Notes: a model not told the origin generated them from the sequence alone. A stretch of 64,000 nt of DNA from Anaeramoeba ignava BMAN (GCA_028826165.1 JAPDFW010000069.1:310001-374000); one strand, 5' to 3'; shown: positions 38,631 to 52,512, numbered from the stretch's first letter. A program made the numbers and translations.

Positions 38631-41095
38631 ATGGAAAAAAAATCACAAGAAAATCAACAATTTGAAGAAAATTTAGATGGATTAAGATTTGTTCAATTTC
38701 ATTTCTCAGATCCAACAGGAGGACTTCATTATATGGAAGAAAGTATTGATAATGTACCAGGAATTTTAAAATCAGGAGTTGGAGTTGATGGAAGTTCTGT
38801 TATTGGTTTTGGTCAAGTTGAAAAGAGTGATATTATTTTATTTCCTGAAAGAGTAAATTAAAAAAAATTTTTTTTTTAATAAATTTTTATTATAAAAAAA
38901 TTAAATTCCTTTTTTTCATGATTCGTCATTGTTTTTGAATTTATTTCTTTTATTTTAAAATAATTTTATTCAAAACTCCCCCATTTTTATATTTTTGATC
39001 AAAAGAATTTATTAATTTACAATTTTTTCATTAATTCGAAATTAAATTCTTCAAATTAAATTTTTTAATAAGCAATTTTTTAATAGAGATTTAAATAAAA
39101 TATTTTTTTATTAATATTGATTAATTTTTGCTTTTTTTTTTTAAGAATATTTGTTGGATTTTTTATTGATCAATTAAAATTAAAATTAAATTTAAATTTA
39201 AATTTATTATTTTTTTTTGCTTCTTGAAATTTAAATTAATTTTTAAATTAAAAATAAAATAAAGAGTTCTTTTTCTCGTTTTGTTGTTGAAGGTGAAGAA
39301 ATTGGAATGTATTGGTGTCATGTTTTAACTCCAGAACTTGAAAAACATCCTAATGATCCAAGAAATGTTCTTCAACTTGTAATTGATAAAGCAGCAAAAA
39401 TGGGATTTGAATGTGAAATGTTTTCAGAACTTGAATTTTATGTTTTGGATGAAAAAACAAGAAAGCCAGTTGATAATGCAAGATATTTATCTCCTCCTCC
39501 TTTAGATAAATGCAGTAGATTACGCTATGATTTTGGTCATGCTTATGAAAAAGCTGGATTAAAAGTAAACTTTTCATTTCTCAATTCAAAATCATTAAAT
39601 TTAAAAATTAAATCAATTACATGAAATTTAAAAATTGAATCAAATTAAAAATTAAATTAAATCAATTAAATTAAATCAATTAAATTAAATCAATTAAATT
39701 AAATCAATTACATGAAAATAAATTAAATTAATTAAATCAATTAAATAAAATCAATTAAATTAAATCAATTTAATCAATTAAATTAAATCAATTAAATTAA
39801 TTAAATCAATTACATGAAATTTAAAAATTGAATCAATTACATGAAATTTATTCTAAAAAGGTTAAAAGAATCCATCATGAATTAGGACCTGGACAAAATG
39901 AAGTTGAATTACAATTAACACCAGTAATGAAAAATTGTGATGATTCTATGATTGCAATTTGGTTAGCACAATTAATCAGTTCTAAATATAATTGGGTTGT
40001 TGATTTCACACCAAAACCTTTCCCAGAAATTCCAGGAAATGGATTACATCAACACATTAGATTAAAGGATATCAAAACAAAAGAAAATGTTATGGCTGCA
40101 AAAGAAGGAGGTTTATCAAAAATTGCTCTTCAATTTATTGCAGGAATGCTTAAATATTCAAGAGATATAACTGCTGTTTTTGGAAATGATCCAAATGTAA
40201 TTTTTAAAATTAAAATTAAAATTAAAATCAAAATTAAAATTAAAATTAAAATTCAAATTTAAAATTAAAATTAAAATTAAAATTAAAATTAAAATTAAAA
40301 ATTAAAAATTAAATTAAAATTAAAATTAAAATTAAAAATTCTTAAAATTAAAATTAAAATTAAAATTAAAATTAAAATTAAAATTATAAATTAAAATTAA
40401 AATTATAATTTAAATTAAAAATAAAATTAAAAATTAAAATTATAATTAAAATTAAAATTAAAATTAAAATTAAAATTTAAAATTAATTTATAATATTAAA
40501 ATTTAAATTAAAATTAAAATTAAAATTTAAATTAGACTTATGATAGATTAAAACCAGGATATGAAGCACCAATTTATGCAACATGGGATTATTCTAATAG
40601 ATCAGCTCTTGTTCGAATTCCTGCAATTGGAAAAGGAGATTTATCCAAAACAAGAGTTGAATTTAGAGGAGGAGATGCAAGTGGATCAATTCATTTATTA
40701 TGTGCAATGATTCTTGCAGCTGGATTAAAAGGAATTGAAGAGAATTTAGAATGTCCAAAAAATACAATAGGAGATGTTGCTCATCTTACTGAACAAGAAT
40801 TAAAGGATTTGAAGATTGAGATTCTTCCAACATCTTTACCTGAGGTTGAAATTAATTTATAATTTAATTTATATTTTAATTTAATTTAATTTATTTTAAT
40901 TTAATTTAATTTAATTTATAATTTATTTAATTTGAATTTTAATTTATAATTTATTTATAATTTAATTTAATTTTTATTTTAATTTAATTTTAGTCTTTAA
41001 AGATACTTGAAGAAAGCAAATTCATTGCAGAATTTATTGATCCTTCTTTAAAAACCTTTATGAATCAAAACGGTTTACAGAAAATGAAGAAATAA
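38631..41095 (+). CDS. glnA: Glutamine synthetase, prokaryotic type I-like; five exons (about 38631-38852, 39265-39564, 39861-40196, 40537-40843, 40994-41095)
   Basis: VQFHFSDPTG, GVDGSSVIGF..EKSDI, DPRNVL, ELEFY, HHELGPGQNE, PKPF..GNGLHQH, YDRLKPGYEAP..NRSALVRIP and RVEFR. Confidence 0.9.
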
Positions 41096-41473
41096 TTAAT
41101 TTACTTTTTTTCATTTTCAATTCTAATTTCATTTCAAATTCAAATTCAAATTCTAATTTCATTTCAAATTTCAGTTTAAATTCCAATTTCAATTCCAATT
41201 TCGATTCAAAAATTGGATTCAAAAATTTTAATTTCAATTTCTAATTTCAATTTCGATTAACAAATTCCAATTTTTCTTTTTTCTTTTTTTTTTTTCTTTT
41301 TCTTTTTCCATTCTAATGATTGATTGATTAATTAATTAATTGATGATTTAGTGATAAAACTTAAAAAGATTGGATTTCAAAAAAATTTTTCATTTATCAA
41401 TCAATAAAAGAATGTTTTTTTTTCATTTTTTTGTTTTTCATTTTCATTTTTTCATTTTTTTCATTTTTAAAAA

Positions 41474-43207
41474 ATGAATTTTAAATGGGAATATCCAAAA
41501 ACAAAATTTTCAAACGAAAAAATTAAAGAAAGATGTTCACATTTTGGATGTGTTTATGGAAATGAAATTATAATAGCAGGAGGATCAGATCAAGAAGATA
41601 ATCATTTAAACGATATTTGGACATTTTCACCCAGAACTCTTGAATGGAAAAGACTTGATATAAATTTACCATCACCACTTTCATGTGCAGGAATGTGTGA
41701 ACACAACTCAAAAATATATATTTTTGGAGGATTATTTCAAATGAATAGATATTTGACTTTTGAAACAAATTCATTTATTAGAATTGATTTGGAAAGCAAA
41801 AAGGTTGAAGAAATTGAATCGGAAACTTCTGTTTATCCATCTCATCGATATCATCCTGTTTTTGAATGTTTTGGAGATAGTATTTATATTATTTGGGGAA
41901 GAAACACTTCCGAGATTTTACCCGATTATTATCGTTTTGATATCAAAACTGAGAAATGGAAATTACTTGGAAAACCGAAAAATGATACACAAGGATATCC
42001 AAATAAAAGAATACTCTGTTCAACTGCAATTAAAGATAATTTTCTTATTGTTTTTGGTGGACTTGTTGATGACGAAGTGCATGTCAATGATTTCTGGTTT
42101 TTTAACTTCAAAACAGAAACCTGGATGCAGAAAACAAACTTCTTTGGAAAACCTCCTTCACCAAGAAGAAGCCATAAGATGGTTGTTATGAACCAGTTGA
42201 TGATATTTTTTGGTGGTTATCATCCAGACTTCGAATTTTTCAATGATTCTTATGTTTTTGATTTTTCAACTGATACTTGGTCACAAATAATCACAGACTC
42301 GCCTCTTCCTCCTCCAAGAAGAGTGCACTTATGCTTCCCTGATCTCTATTCAAATCAAATGATTACTTTTGGTGGTATTGGAGATGACTATAAACGTTTT
42401 GATGATCTTTTTGTTCTGAAAATTCCAACTCAATCATCGTTATCTTCTGATTTGCAAAATTTATTTGTGAGACAAGAACTCTGCGATTTGAAAATCAATC
42501 AAGAATATTCTGTTCATAAAGACCTTATTGAATCACGTGTTAAATCTATAAATAAGTTTCTTCTTGCTACCAGAGAATATAAGCAAAAACAAGAATTGAA
42601 AGATTTTCTTATATTTCTTTATTCGGGAATCTTACCAACAATTCCATCAGAAAAATTTAATGAAATCCTTGAAAAAACAGAAATTAAAACTTGTGATCAA
42701 AATTCTGATCCAAATTTAAATTATCAAATTCTTTTAAAAAATGATTTAAAGAAATTATATTCACTTGTTCAAGAAAAAGATAATTTGCCAAAAAATTCAA
42801 CACTTTTTGAAATTATTGTTAAGAATGAAAAAACATCAGAAGAGCAATCCTTATGGATTCATAAGTTTATTCTCCTTTCAAGATCTGAACTTTTTCGAGG
42901 AATGTTTTTATGTGTTGAAGATGATAAAAATTCAGTCCAAGACTTAAGTCAACGTTCTTATCAATCTTTAAAAGCTTTTGTTCATTTTTTATATTTGGAT
43001 TCTCTTCCAAATGATTTATCTATTGAAAATGCTTTGGAATTAATTGATGCTACTGAATATTATGGATTATCTAATGATTATTTTACAAATTTACTTATTG
43101 ATTATATTTCTCAAAAAGTGGAACAAAAAGATGCTTCAATTTTATTACCTTTTTGTGAAATTTATCCTCAAATCCAAACAATTTACAAAAATAAATTTAA
43201 AAAATAA
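41474..43207 (+). CDS. Kelch-repeat plus tandem BTB protein (LZTR1-like architecture)
   Basis: Kelch GG..W repeats (IYIFGG, LIVFGG, PSPRRSH..IFFGG). BTB motifs ELCDLKI..VHKDLI and HKFILLSRSELFRGMF..FVHFLYLD. Confidence 0.88.
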   Translation: MNFKWEYPKTKFSNEKIKERCSHFGCVYGNEIIIAGGSDQEDNHLNDIWTFSPRTLEWKRLDINLPSPLSCAGMCEHNSKIYIFGGLFQMNRYLTFETNSFIRIDLESKKVEEIESETSVYPSHRYHPVFECFGDSIYIIWGRNTSEILPDYYRFDIKTEKWKLLGKPKNDTQGYPNKRILCSTAIKDNFLIVFGGLVDDEVHVNDFWFFNFKTETWMQKTNFFGKPPSPRRSHKMVVMNQLMIFFGGYHPDFEFFNDSYVFDFSTDTWSQIITDSPLPPPRRVHLCFPDLYSNQMITFGGIGDDYKRFDDLFVLKIPTQSSLSSDLQNLFVRQELCDLKINQEYSVHKDLIESRVKSINKFLLATREYKQKQELKDFLIFLYSGILPTIPSEKFNEILEKTEIKTCDQNSDPNLNYQILLKNDLKKLYSLVQEKDNLPKNSTLFEIIVKNEKTSEEQSLWIHKFILLSRSELFRGMFLCVEDDKNSVQDLSQRSYQSLKAFVHFLYLDSLPNDLSIENALELIDATEYYGLSNDYFTNLLIDYISQKVEQKDASILLPFCEIYPQIQTIYKNKFKK

Positions 43208-43470
43208 AAAATTTTTAATAATTTTATTTAAATTTTTTTTAATATTTATAAAAAGTGGAATAAAAATATTATTTTTAATTTTAATTTATTTATAAAATTT
43301 TTTTAAATTTATTTACAAAATAAATTTAAAAATAAAAATTTGGAATAAAAATATTTTTTTAATAATTAATTATTTTATTTATAAATTTTTTTATTCAAAT
43401 TTTAAAAAAAAATATTATTTTTTTCATTTTTTTTTTCATTTTTCATTTTTTCATTTTTTCATTTTTAAAA

Positions 43471-46400
43471 ATGAGTAAAAGAAGAAGAAATAAAAGAAAA
43501 AATAAAGTAAGAAGAGATGATTTAATTCTTGAAAATGAAGATTTTGAAAACTATTATAAAGTAAAAAAAAAAGAAAAAGAATATAAAAAAGAAATGAAAA
43601 GAAAAATTTTTAAATAAAATAAATTTAATTAATTCTTATTTTTCAAATTAAGCTTCAACAAATCGTTTCTGAAAAAGAATGGGATGAATTTATTACGACT
43701 CTTAAGCAACCTCTCCCACTTACATTTCGAATTACAAATGTTGAACCTTCTAAAACTCGATTGGATAAACTATTCAAATCAAATGCATATAATTTTATGG
43801 ATGAAATAATAATTGAAAATGAAAAAATTGGAAAACCTATTGCTATTGAATGGTTTCCTAATGATTTAGCTTGGGAAATTACAAACGCTTCACGTTGGAC
43901 TGTTAGAAAAAATCCAGATTTACAAAAGCTTAAATCTCTTTTAATTTCAGAAGAAAATCAAGTATTTATTTTAATTTAATTTTAATTTTAATTTTAAATT
44001 TGATTTTAAATTTAATTTTGATTTTAATTTTAATTTTAATTTTAATTTTAATTTTAATTATAATTTTAATTTTAATTTTAAATTTAATTTTGATTTTAAT
44101 TTTAAATTTAATTTTAATTTTAATTATAATTTTAATTTTATTTTGATTTTGATTTTAATTTTAAAAAGGAAATTTAACAAATTTAATTTTTGATTTTGAT
44201 TTCCTTTTTTTAATATTAAATATTATTTTTAATTTTAATTACTCCTTAGAAATAATTTTATTTGGTAGAAAAATTCAAAATTTTAAAATTATAATTTAAA
44301 TTCAAATTTTAAATTCAAAATCAAATTTTAAATTTTAAATTCAAATTCAAATTTAAAATCAATTTCAAAATTTAATTTTTAATTTTGAAAAGGAAAAATT
44401 CAAATTAAAATTAAAATTTAAAATCAAATAAAATTCAAAATCAATTTTTAAATTTAAAATTATATTCTTGATATTTGTGCAGCTCCTGGTAGAAAAATTC
44501 AAAATTTAAATCAAATTTAAATTCAAATTCAAATTTAAAATTAAAATTTAAAATCAAAAATTAAAATTTAAAATCAAATTCAAATTCAAAATCAAAATTG
44601 AAAATCAAAATTAAATTCAAAATTAAATTCAAATTTAAAATCAAATTCAAATTTAAATTAAAATTCAAATTTAAATAAAAATAAAATTAAAATTTAAAAT
44701 TAAATTCAAATTCAAAATCAAAATTCAAAATATAAATTAAAATTGAAAAAAGGATCAAAAACAACACAAATTATTGAATCTTTACATCAAAACGAAGAAA
44801 ATCCATCAGGCCTTGTTGTTGCAAATGATATTGATTCTAAAAGAAGTTATATGCTTTATCATAGAACTAAAAAATTAGCATCACCAAATTTACTAGTTGT
44901 TAGTTATCCAGGACAACATTTCCCAAAAATAAAAACATTATCATTAAATCAAAATTCAGAAAAAGAAAACCAAGAATTAAAATATGAAAATCTTTTATTT
45001 GATCGAGTTCTTTGTGATGTTCCTTGTAAATAATTTTTTGATTAATTTTTTTTTGATTGAATTTTTTTTGATTGATTTTTTTTTGATTGATTTTTTTTTG
45101 ATTAATTTTTTTTTGATTGATTTTTTTTTGATTGATTTTTTTGATTAAATTTTTTGATTAAATTTTTATTAAGGTACTTGTGATGGAACATTTCGAAAAA
45201 ATCCAGAAAGTTGGGAAAGATGGAAAACACAAGATGCACTTGCAATTCATAAGTAAAAAAATAAATTTTAAAAAAATCGGAAAAAAATTTTTTTTCATTT
45301 AAAAAAAATATTTTTCTTTTTTACATCAAAAGACTTCAAGTTGCAATTTCAAGAAGAGCTATTGAGTTAACAAAACCTGGTGGAAAAATTGTTTATTCAA
45401 CATGTTCTCTAAATCCAATAGAAGATGAAGCTGTTGTTGCAGAATTATTAAGAATTTTTCCAAAAGAAATTGAATTAATTGATTGTTCTCAAAATTTTCC
45501 AAAATTAAAATTTTCTCAAGGATTAGAAAAATGGAAAGTTATAATTCCAAAACAACAAAAAAGAAGAATAAAACAACCAAAAAGAAAAATGAATAAGGAA
45601 GAAAATAATCAAAATCAAATCAAAATTCAACAAGAAAATAATATTAAAAATGAAAATTCATTTGAAAATGATTTTTTCATTTATGAAGATTTTGGTCAAG
45701 TTGATAGAAAAAATAGTTTAATATATCCTCAACATTTCCCTCCAAAAAATGAAGAACTTTCATGGATGAATTTGAAAAAGTGTATGAGATTTCTTCCTCA
45801 TTTTATGAATACTGGAGGATTTTTTGTAGCAGTTTTACAGAAAAAAATGAAAGAAAATCAAAAAGAAAATCAAAAAGAAAATCAAAAAGAAATTAAAGAA
45901 AATGAATTAAATCAAGAAATTAAAGAAAATGAAAATGAAAAAGAAAATCAAAAAGAAATTGAAAAAGAAATTAAAGAAAATGAAAAAGAAATTGAATTAA
46001 ATGAAAAAGAAAATCAAAAAGAAATTGAATCAAATCAAAATGAAAAAAAATCAAAAAATAAAAATCAAGAATTTAAAGAAGAACCCTTTTTTCCAATAAT
46101 AATGAACTTCCCAAAAAAAACAATTTCAATTTCAGAAGAAAAATTAAAAGAATCAAGACAATTACTTCACGATTCATATAATTTAAATGATAATTTCCCA
46201 TATAATTTATTTCTTGGAAGAGCACCTTTATTAAAAACATTAGTTTATGTTTCAGAATCAGTTCGCAATATCGTTATTGCAAATTTAGAATCACCAATTA
46301 ATATTATCAATTGTGGAGTTAGATCTTTTGCTAAAGATTTTAATGGATATAGAATTGCTCAAGAAGGAATAAATAAACTTGTTAAGATTCTTCCAGAAAA

Positions 46401-46656
46401 TAGAAGAATTAAAGTGACAAAAGATGAAATTCTTCAAATTCTTACTTCAAAATCAATTCCAAAAGAAAAATTCTCTCAAAAAACTCAAGAACAAATGAAT
46501 TCACTTGGAAAAGGAAATGTTATTTTTGTTTTGGAAATGAATGATCCAGATAAAAATGAGATTTATGTTTCTGGAAATGTTGGAATTAAAAATATAATTG
46601 GTTTTGTTAAACAAGATGATTCTAAAAGTTTACTTCATGAAATGAACCAATTATAA
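43471..46656 (+). CDS. NSUN2: tRNA cytosine-C5 methyltransferase NSUN2/Trm4, multi-exon
   Basis: FENYYK|LQQIV..PLPTTFRI, ILDICAAPG|SKT, VVANDIDSKR, FDRVLCDVPC|TCDGTFRK, KPGGKIVYSTCSLNPIEDEAVV and RFLPHFMNTGGFFVAVL. Confidence 0.9.
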
Positions 46657-47312
46657 CTCAATTTAGACAAAGAATTAAGTTTATTTCTTTCCCTTTTTTC
46701 ATTTTTTTTTTTTAATCGTTTTTTTTTTTTAGGGGATTTATTTTAATTTTGGTTGAATCAAAATAAGAACATTCCAAATAAAAAATTTTAATTAAAAAAA
46801 AAAATAAATTAAAATAAAAAAGCAAAAAAAAAAAAAATGGAAAAAAAAAAAATAAAAAGATCTATCATTCTCTTTTTTTAAATTACTTTAATAAATTTAA
46901 ATAATTTTATTATTAATTTATAAATAAAATTTAATTAAAATAATAAAAATTAATTAAAAAAAAAAATTAAAAAAAAAATAAAAAGAAATAAAAAGAACAA
47001 GGAAAAAAAACCCTTTTGCTTTTTATTCAAAGTTTTAATTTTAAATCATTTCTTTTACTTATTTTTAATTTGTTAGGTTTTTTTTATTAACTAAATTAAT
47101 TAAAAAAAAAAATTAAAAAATAAATTTTAAAAACAAAACAAATTTTTTTTTTTTTTTTTTTGATCATTTTTTTTTCTCTTTTTATTTTTTTTCTTTTTTC
47201 TTTTTGTTTTTTTTAATACAAAAAAAAAAGCATTTAAAATTTTTTTTTTTTTTACAATTCTTTTCTATTCTATTCTTTTCTTTTTATAATTTTAGTTTTG
47301 AAAGAAATAAAA

Positions 47313-50300
47313 ATGCAAGATCCGAAAAAAACACAAGGCAAAAAAGTAACAAAAGTACAACAAGTGGCATTAACAGAATTTCCAGAAAATCAAACAATAA
47401 ATTCAATAAATCCAATAAATCAACAACCGCAAGTATTTTATCCCAATTTTTATGCGCAAACAAGTCAATTTCCGCAACAAATTCAACAAACACAACAATA
47501 TTCTTCTTTTTTTCCTTCTCAAGTTTATTTTGGAACAAATCAAAACCAAAATCAATCTTCTTTTTCTTCTTTTAATTATCCTTATCCTCAATTTCCTGAT
47601 CTTCAAAATCATTTTTCTCCTAAAAATTCTTATAACCCTCAAAATTTTCTAAATAATAAATTTGATTCTGGTGTTAAATCAAAAAATATTTATGGAAAAA
47701 ATCAAAATCAAAATCAAAATCAAAATGAAAATCAAAATCAAAATCAAAATCAAAATCAAAATCAAAATCAAAATCAAAATAATCAAAATAATCAAAATCA
47801 AAATCAAAATCAAAATCAAAATCAAAATCAAAATCAAAATCAAAATCAAAATCAAAATCAAAATCAAAATCAAAATCAAAATCAAATTCAAAATCAAAAT
47901 CAAAATCAAAATCTTAATCAAAATAAAAACCAAAATCAAAATCAAAATAAAAATAAAAATCAAATTCCAAATCAAAATCAAACTCAAACTCAAAATCAAA
48001 ATCCAACTCAAACTCAAAATCAAAATAAAAATAAAAATCAAAATAAAAATCAAAATCAAATTCCAAATCAAATTCCAAATCAAAATCAAAATCAAAATCT
48101 AAATCAAATTCCAAATCAAATTCAAAATCAAAATCAAAATCAAAATCAAAATCAAAATCAAAATCAAAATCAAAATCAAAATCAAAATAAAAATAAAAAT
48201 AAAAATAAAAATCAAAATCAAATTCCAAATCAAATTCAAAATCAATTTTCATATACATTTCCAAATCAATTTCCATTTCAAAATGAAAATGAAAATCAAA
48301 TTCCAAATCAAAATATAAATGAAAATGAAAATCAAATTCCAAATCAAAATATAAATGAAAATGAAAATCAAATTCCAAATCAAATTCCAAATCAAAATAT
48401 AAATCAAAATAATCAAAATCAAAATCAAAATCAAAATCAAAATCAAAATAATCAAAATAATCAAAATAATCAAATGTTTGTTGAACCTCTTTTGTATCAA
48501 TATCCTCCTAATTATTTAGATACAATGAGAATTATTCAACAACAACCAGAAATACATTCACAAGAAAAAAATGAAAATCCTGTTAATTATCAAAACTATG
48601 GCTATAAACCATCTGTTATGGTTCCACTATTTTCACACCCACAAATGTAAGGAATTATTTAGAATTTTATCATATCATTTCAAAATTGTTTTAAATTCAT
48701 TTTTCATTTTGCATTTTGTATTTTGCATTTTGTATTTTGTTAGGCAACCTATGCTTCAATACTCATATCCCCCAACACAAAATATGCATCAAATAAATAT
48801 TAACAAAGCTGTTCAATTCTTAAAGGTTGTTGAGGAAAGATTCAAAAATCAACCCGAATCATTTCAAAAATTTCTTTCGATAATGAAAAAATTAAGGAAT
48901 GGAGAAATAATTACAACCGATGCGATTAGAATAATTTCCAAATTATTTGAAGGAAAGACAGATTTAATAGCGAGATTCAATGAGTTTATTCCTCAAACCT
49001 CTCAAATTCCATTAAATAATAATATTGAACAAGGCATCCCAAATCACCTTTCAGATTTATTAAAGAAAATAACAGCAAAATTCCCACAAAATCAGTTTGT
49101 TTTCTTAAAATTTATGGAGATCATTAGAAATACCGAGCTTTTAAATAACCAAGATATAATTGAAAAGGTTTCGAAATTGTTTGCAGGACATCCTGATTTA
49201 ATCGAAGAATTCAAACGCTTTACTCAAAATGAATATAACAGCAAATCTACTTCCAAAAGAAACGAAGACTCTCGAAATAATGAAATCTCAAGAAAGCACA
49301 AAAACCAATCTCCAGCAAAAGGCAAATCTTCATATCGACAAAGAAGAAAAGTTGATGAGAATGATTTATCTTCTGATTCAGAATCTGTTTTAGAAAAAGA
49401 TAACCAAAATGGTGATAATGATTATGGAAATAATTTTGAAAGTAAAAGAAGAAAAAAGGCTAAATCAAATAAAGCAAAAAATTCGCCCTTTAGTCAAAAT
49501 TCACAAGATAGTACAGAAAATTTAGAGACTAGTTCTGATTTTTCTGATGATGAAAGTGATGATGAAAGTGATGAACAAAATAACCAACAACCAAATGCTG
49601 TTAATCGTAATCAAGTTTTAGACGTAAAATTAGAAAATTTAGATGATATTTCTCAAATTGCAAAAAAATTCCTCAAAAAAATTAAAAGAAATGTCCCGTC
49701 TTTTATTTATGAACAATTTCTAAAATGTTTAGATTTATACACTAAAAATATTTTACCAAAAACAGCAATGGAAACAATTGCAAAAGATCTATTTGTTGAA
49801 TATCCCCAATTTTTTACAGAATTTCAAGAAATTTTATTTCCTCAAGAATCTGAATATGAAGATGTTGATTATGATTTATTTGAAAGCTCTGGATCTTCAT
49901 ATAAAGCACTTCCTTTAATTGTAAGAAATTGAACTATTAAATTAACAAAAGCAAAATTTAAATTAAAATTTAAATATTTTTTTTTGCTTTTTTTTTTTTT
50001 AAAATTTTTAAGCCTCAAAGTTTAAAATGTTCAGCAAGACAAGAACTAGAAAAATCTGTTTTGAATAATAAATGGGTTTCAATTCCAATCGGAAGTGAAG
50101 ATCATAGTGCTTACTCAACAGATCAAAATCAACATGAAAGAATTATACTTCAATGTGAAGAAGAAAGATTTGAGATGGGAATGCTTATTGAGTTAAATCT
50201 CAGGACTTTAAGATCATTAGAAGAGTTGAAATGCCAATCTGATCAAGTACATATAACAAAATTTAAACAAAGTGTTGAACGTAAGAAATATTTTTAAAAA

Positions 50301-52512
50301 GAAATATTTAGCTTTAAATTAAATTAAAAAAAAATTTTTTTTCCTTTTTTTTTTTTTATAGAATTTATTTTAGACCCTTTGCATTCAAAAACTCTTAATT
50401 TATGTTATGGTGAAACCTCTAAAAAAATCTTAGAATTGTTACAAAAAGAACCTTATAATACTGTTGATATTTTGCTCAAAAGATTAAAGCTCAGAGATTT
50501 AAAACTGAAAAAAGAAAAGAAAATGATGGATTTACATTGGAAAAAGATCACTGATACTCATTTTTTTGATTCAAAAGAATTTCAATTTAATGAATTTCAA
50601 ATGAATGAAAAAAACAATCTCAGTTACGAAAGTAATTATTAAAATTAAATTTTTTCATTAATTTATTTATTCAATATTTCTTTCCATAAAAAAAAAAACA
50701 CAATAGAATTATTAAATGAAATCCTGGGTATTAACAAAGAACAACCAAATGAGCAAAAAGATAGAAAACCAATCGTTCTTAATTTTTATAGGAAGAAAAT
50801 CCTTATTCATTTAAAAAATCTTTTAATACTTTCTGCGCAAAATATAGAAAAATTAGAGTCTTTTGATTACAATAATATTGATTTTTTCACACAAATTGAA
50901 ACAAATTTTAAAGTTAAACAAAATGAACCAAATATAGATAGTGATTTAATCATCAACCAAATCGAAGACTGTTTAGAAACAATTATAACTTATTTTCTGG
51001 AAATTGGTCCAAACAGTCAAAAACCACCAACAAATTATTGGCCTTTGATCATTTTTTCAGAACAAAAAGATAAAAATATTGAAAATGAAAATGAAAGCGA
51101 AAATGAAAATGAAAATATTCAAAATGAAAATATTCAAAATGAAAATCAAAATCAAAATGAAAATCAAAATATAAATATGAATATGAATATCGAAGAAAAA
51201 GAAAATCAAACTGTTTTATTTGGAGGAAAATACTTGTATTATTTCTTTCGTATTTTCAACTTTCTCTATCAAAGATTAAACAACGCAAATCAAAAACTTA
51301 AAGATTTGTATCAATTACAAGCAATCAAAGAACCTGAAAAACATAAGCATATTTTATTTCCACCTTCGAATAAAAGACCACAAAATGGAAATAAACATGT
51401 TCTTCTCAACAAAATTGAACAAGGAAAAATTTCAGAAGAAAAGTTATTCATTTCATTTATTGAATTATTATCAAACAAAATACAACAAAAAATTCAACCG
51501 AAAACTTATGAAATTGAATGCAGAGATTTATTCAAATCTGAAGCATATCGTTTCTTATCAATTGAGAAGATTTTTGGATTGTTAGTATTTTTGGCTTCAC
51601 AAATTATAACCTCAAATGAAATTGAATTTCTTACCATTTTTTTTTATGAAAGACGCAAAAAAAAATTCGATCAAGATTCTTATCAATCAAATATTTTATC
51701 AAATATTCAAATTCAAGATTATCTATTCAAATTTGTTTATCGAAATTTCCCAAAAGAAAAAGAAAAAAATGGAAAATCAAATGAATTTTCTCTTTTAATT
51801 GATCTTTTAGATACCAATCAAGAAAATCAAATTAATTCATTAATTCTAAATTTCGAGGATAAAACTAAATCAAAAAAACAAAAAGCTTTGCAATCCTTTT
51901 CAAAACCATTATTTTCAATTAATGTTCAAGAGATTGTTGATCAAAAACTTTTTTTAGTTAAATCTTTAATTCATTGGGAAATAAATAATGAAAATGAAAA
52001 TATTCGAAATGAAAATGAAAATCTAAATGAAAATATTCAAAATGAAAATGAAAATCAAAATCTAAATCAAAATCAAAATCAAATTGAAAATGAAAATGAA
52101 AATGAAAATGAAAATGAAAATGAAAATGAAAATGAAAATCTAAATGAATATCAAAATGAATATCAAAGTGAATGAATATCAAAATCAAAATGAAAATGAA
52201 AATCAAAATCAAAATCAAAATCAAATTCAAAATCAAAATCAAATTCAAAATCAAATTCAAAATCAAAATCAAAATCAAAATCAAAATCAAATTCAAAATC
52301 AATTAGAAAAATATTTAGGAATTTTTAATAATCAAATAGAAATTAAAAATATTTTCTTAAATACTATAATTCATAACAATCTTGAAAAACACTTTCCAAA
52401 ACCAAAAAACAAAATTAAGAGTTTTTATAAAAAAGAGGATTTCTTTTTTAGATGGAATTCTTTAATTTATTCTCAAAAAAAAGTGAAAAAAAAGAAGAAA
52501 AAAGAAAAATGA
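47313..52512 (+). CDS. SIN3: Sin3-like histone deacetylase corepressor (PAH domains plus HDAC-interaction domain) with NQ tracts, multi-exon
   Basis: PAH motifs AVQFLKVVEERF..FLSIM..LFEGKTDLIARFNEFIP and LFAGHPDLIEEFKRF. HID motifs GSSYKALP and LNNKWVSIPIGSED..CEEERFEM. C-terminal LYYFFRIFNFLYQRL. Confidence 0.85.

Noticed and set aside
41310-41410. Possible C/D snoRNA (TGATGA plus a short inverted repeat)
   Set aside because: No D box (CTGA), and the inverted repeat is low complexity.
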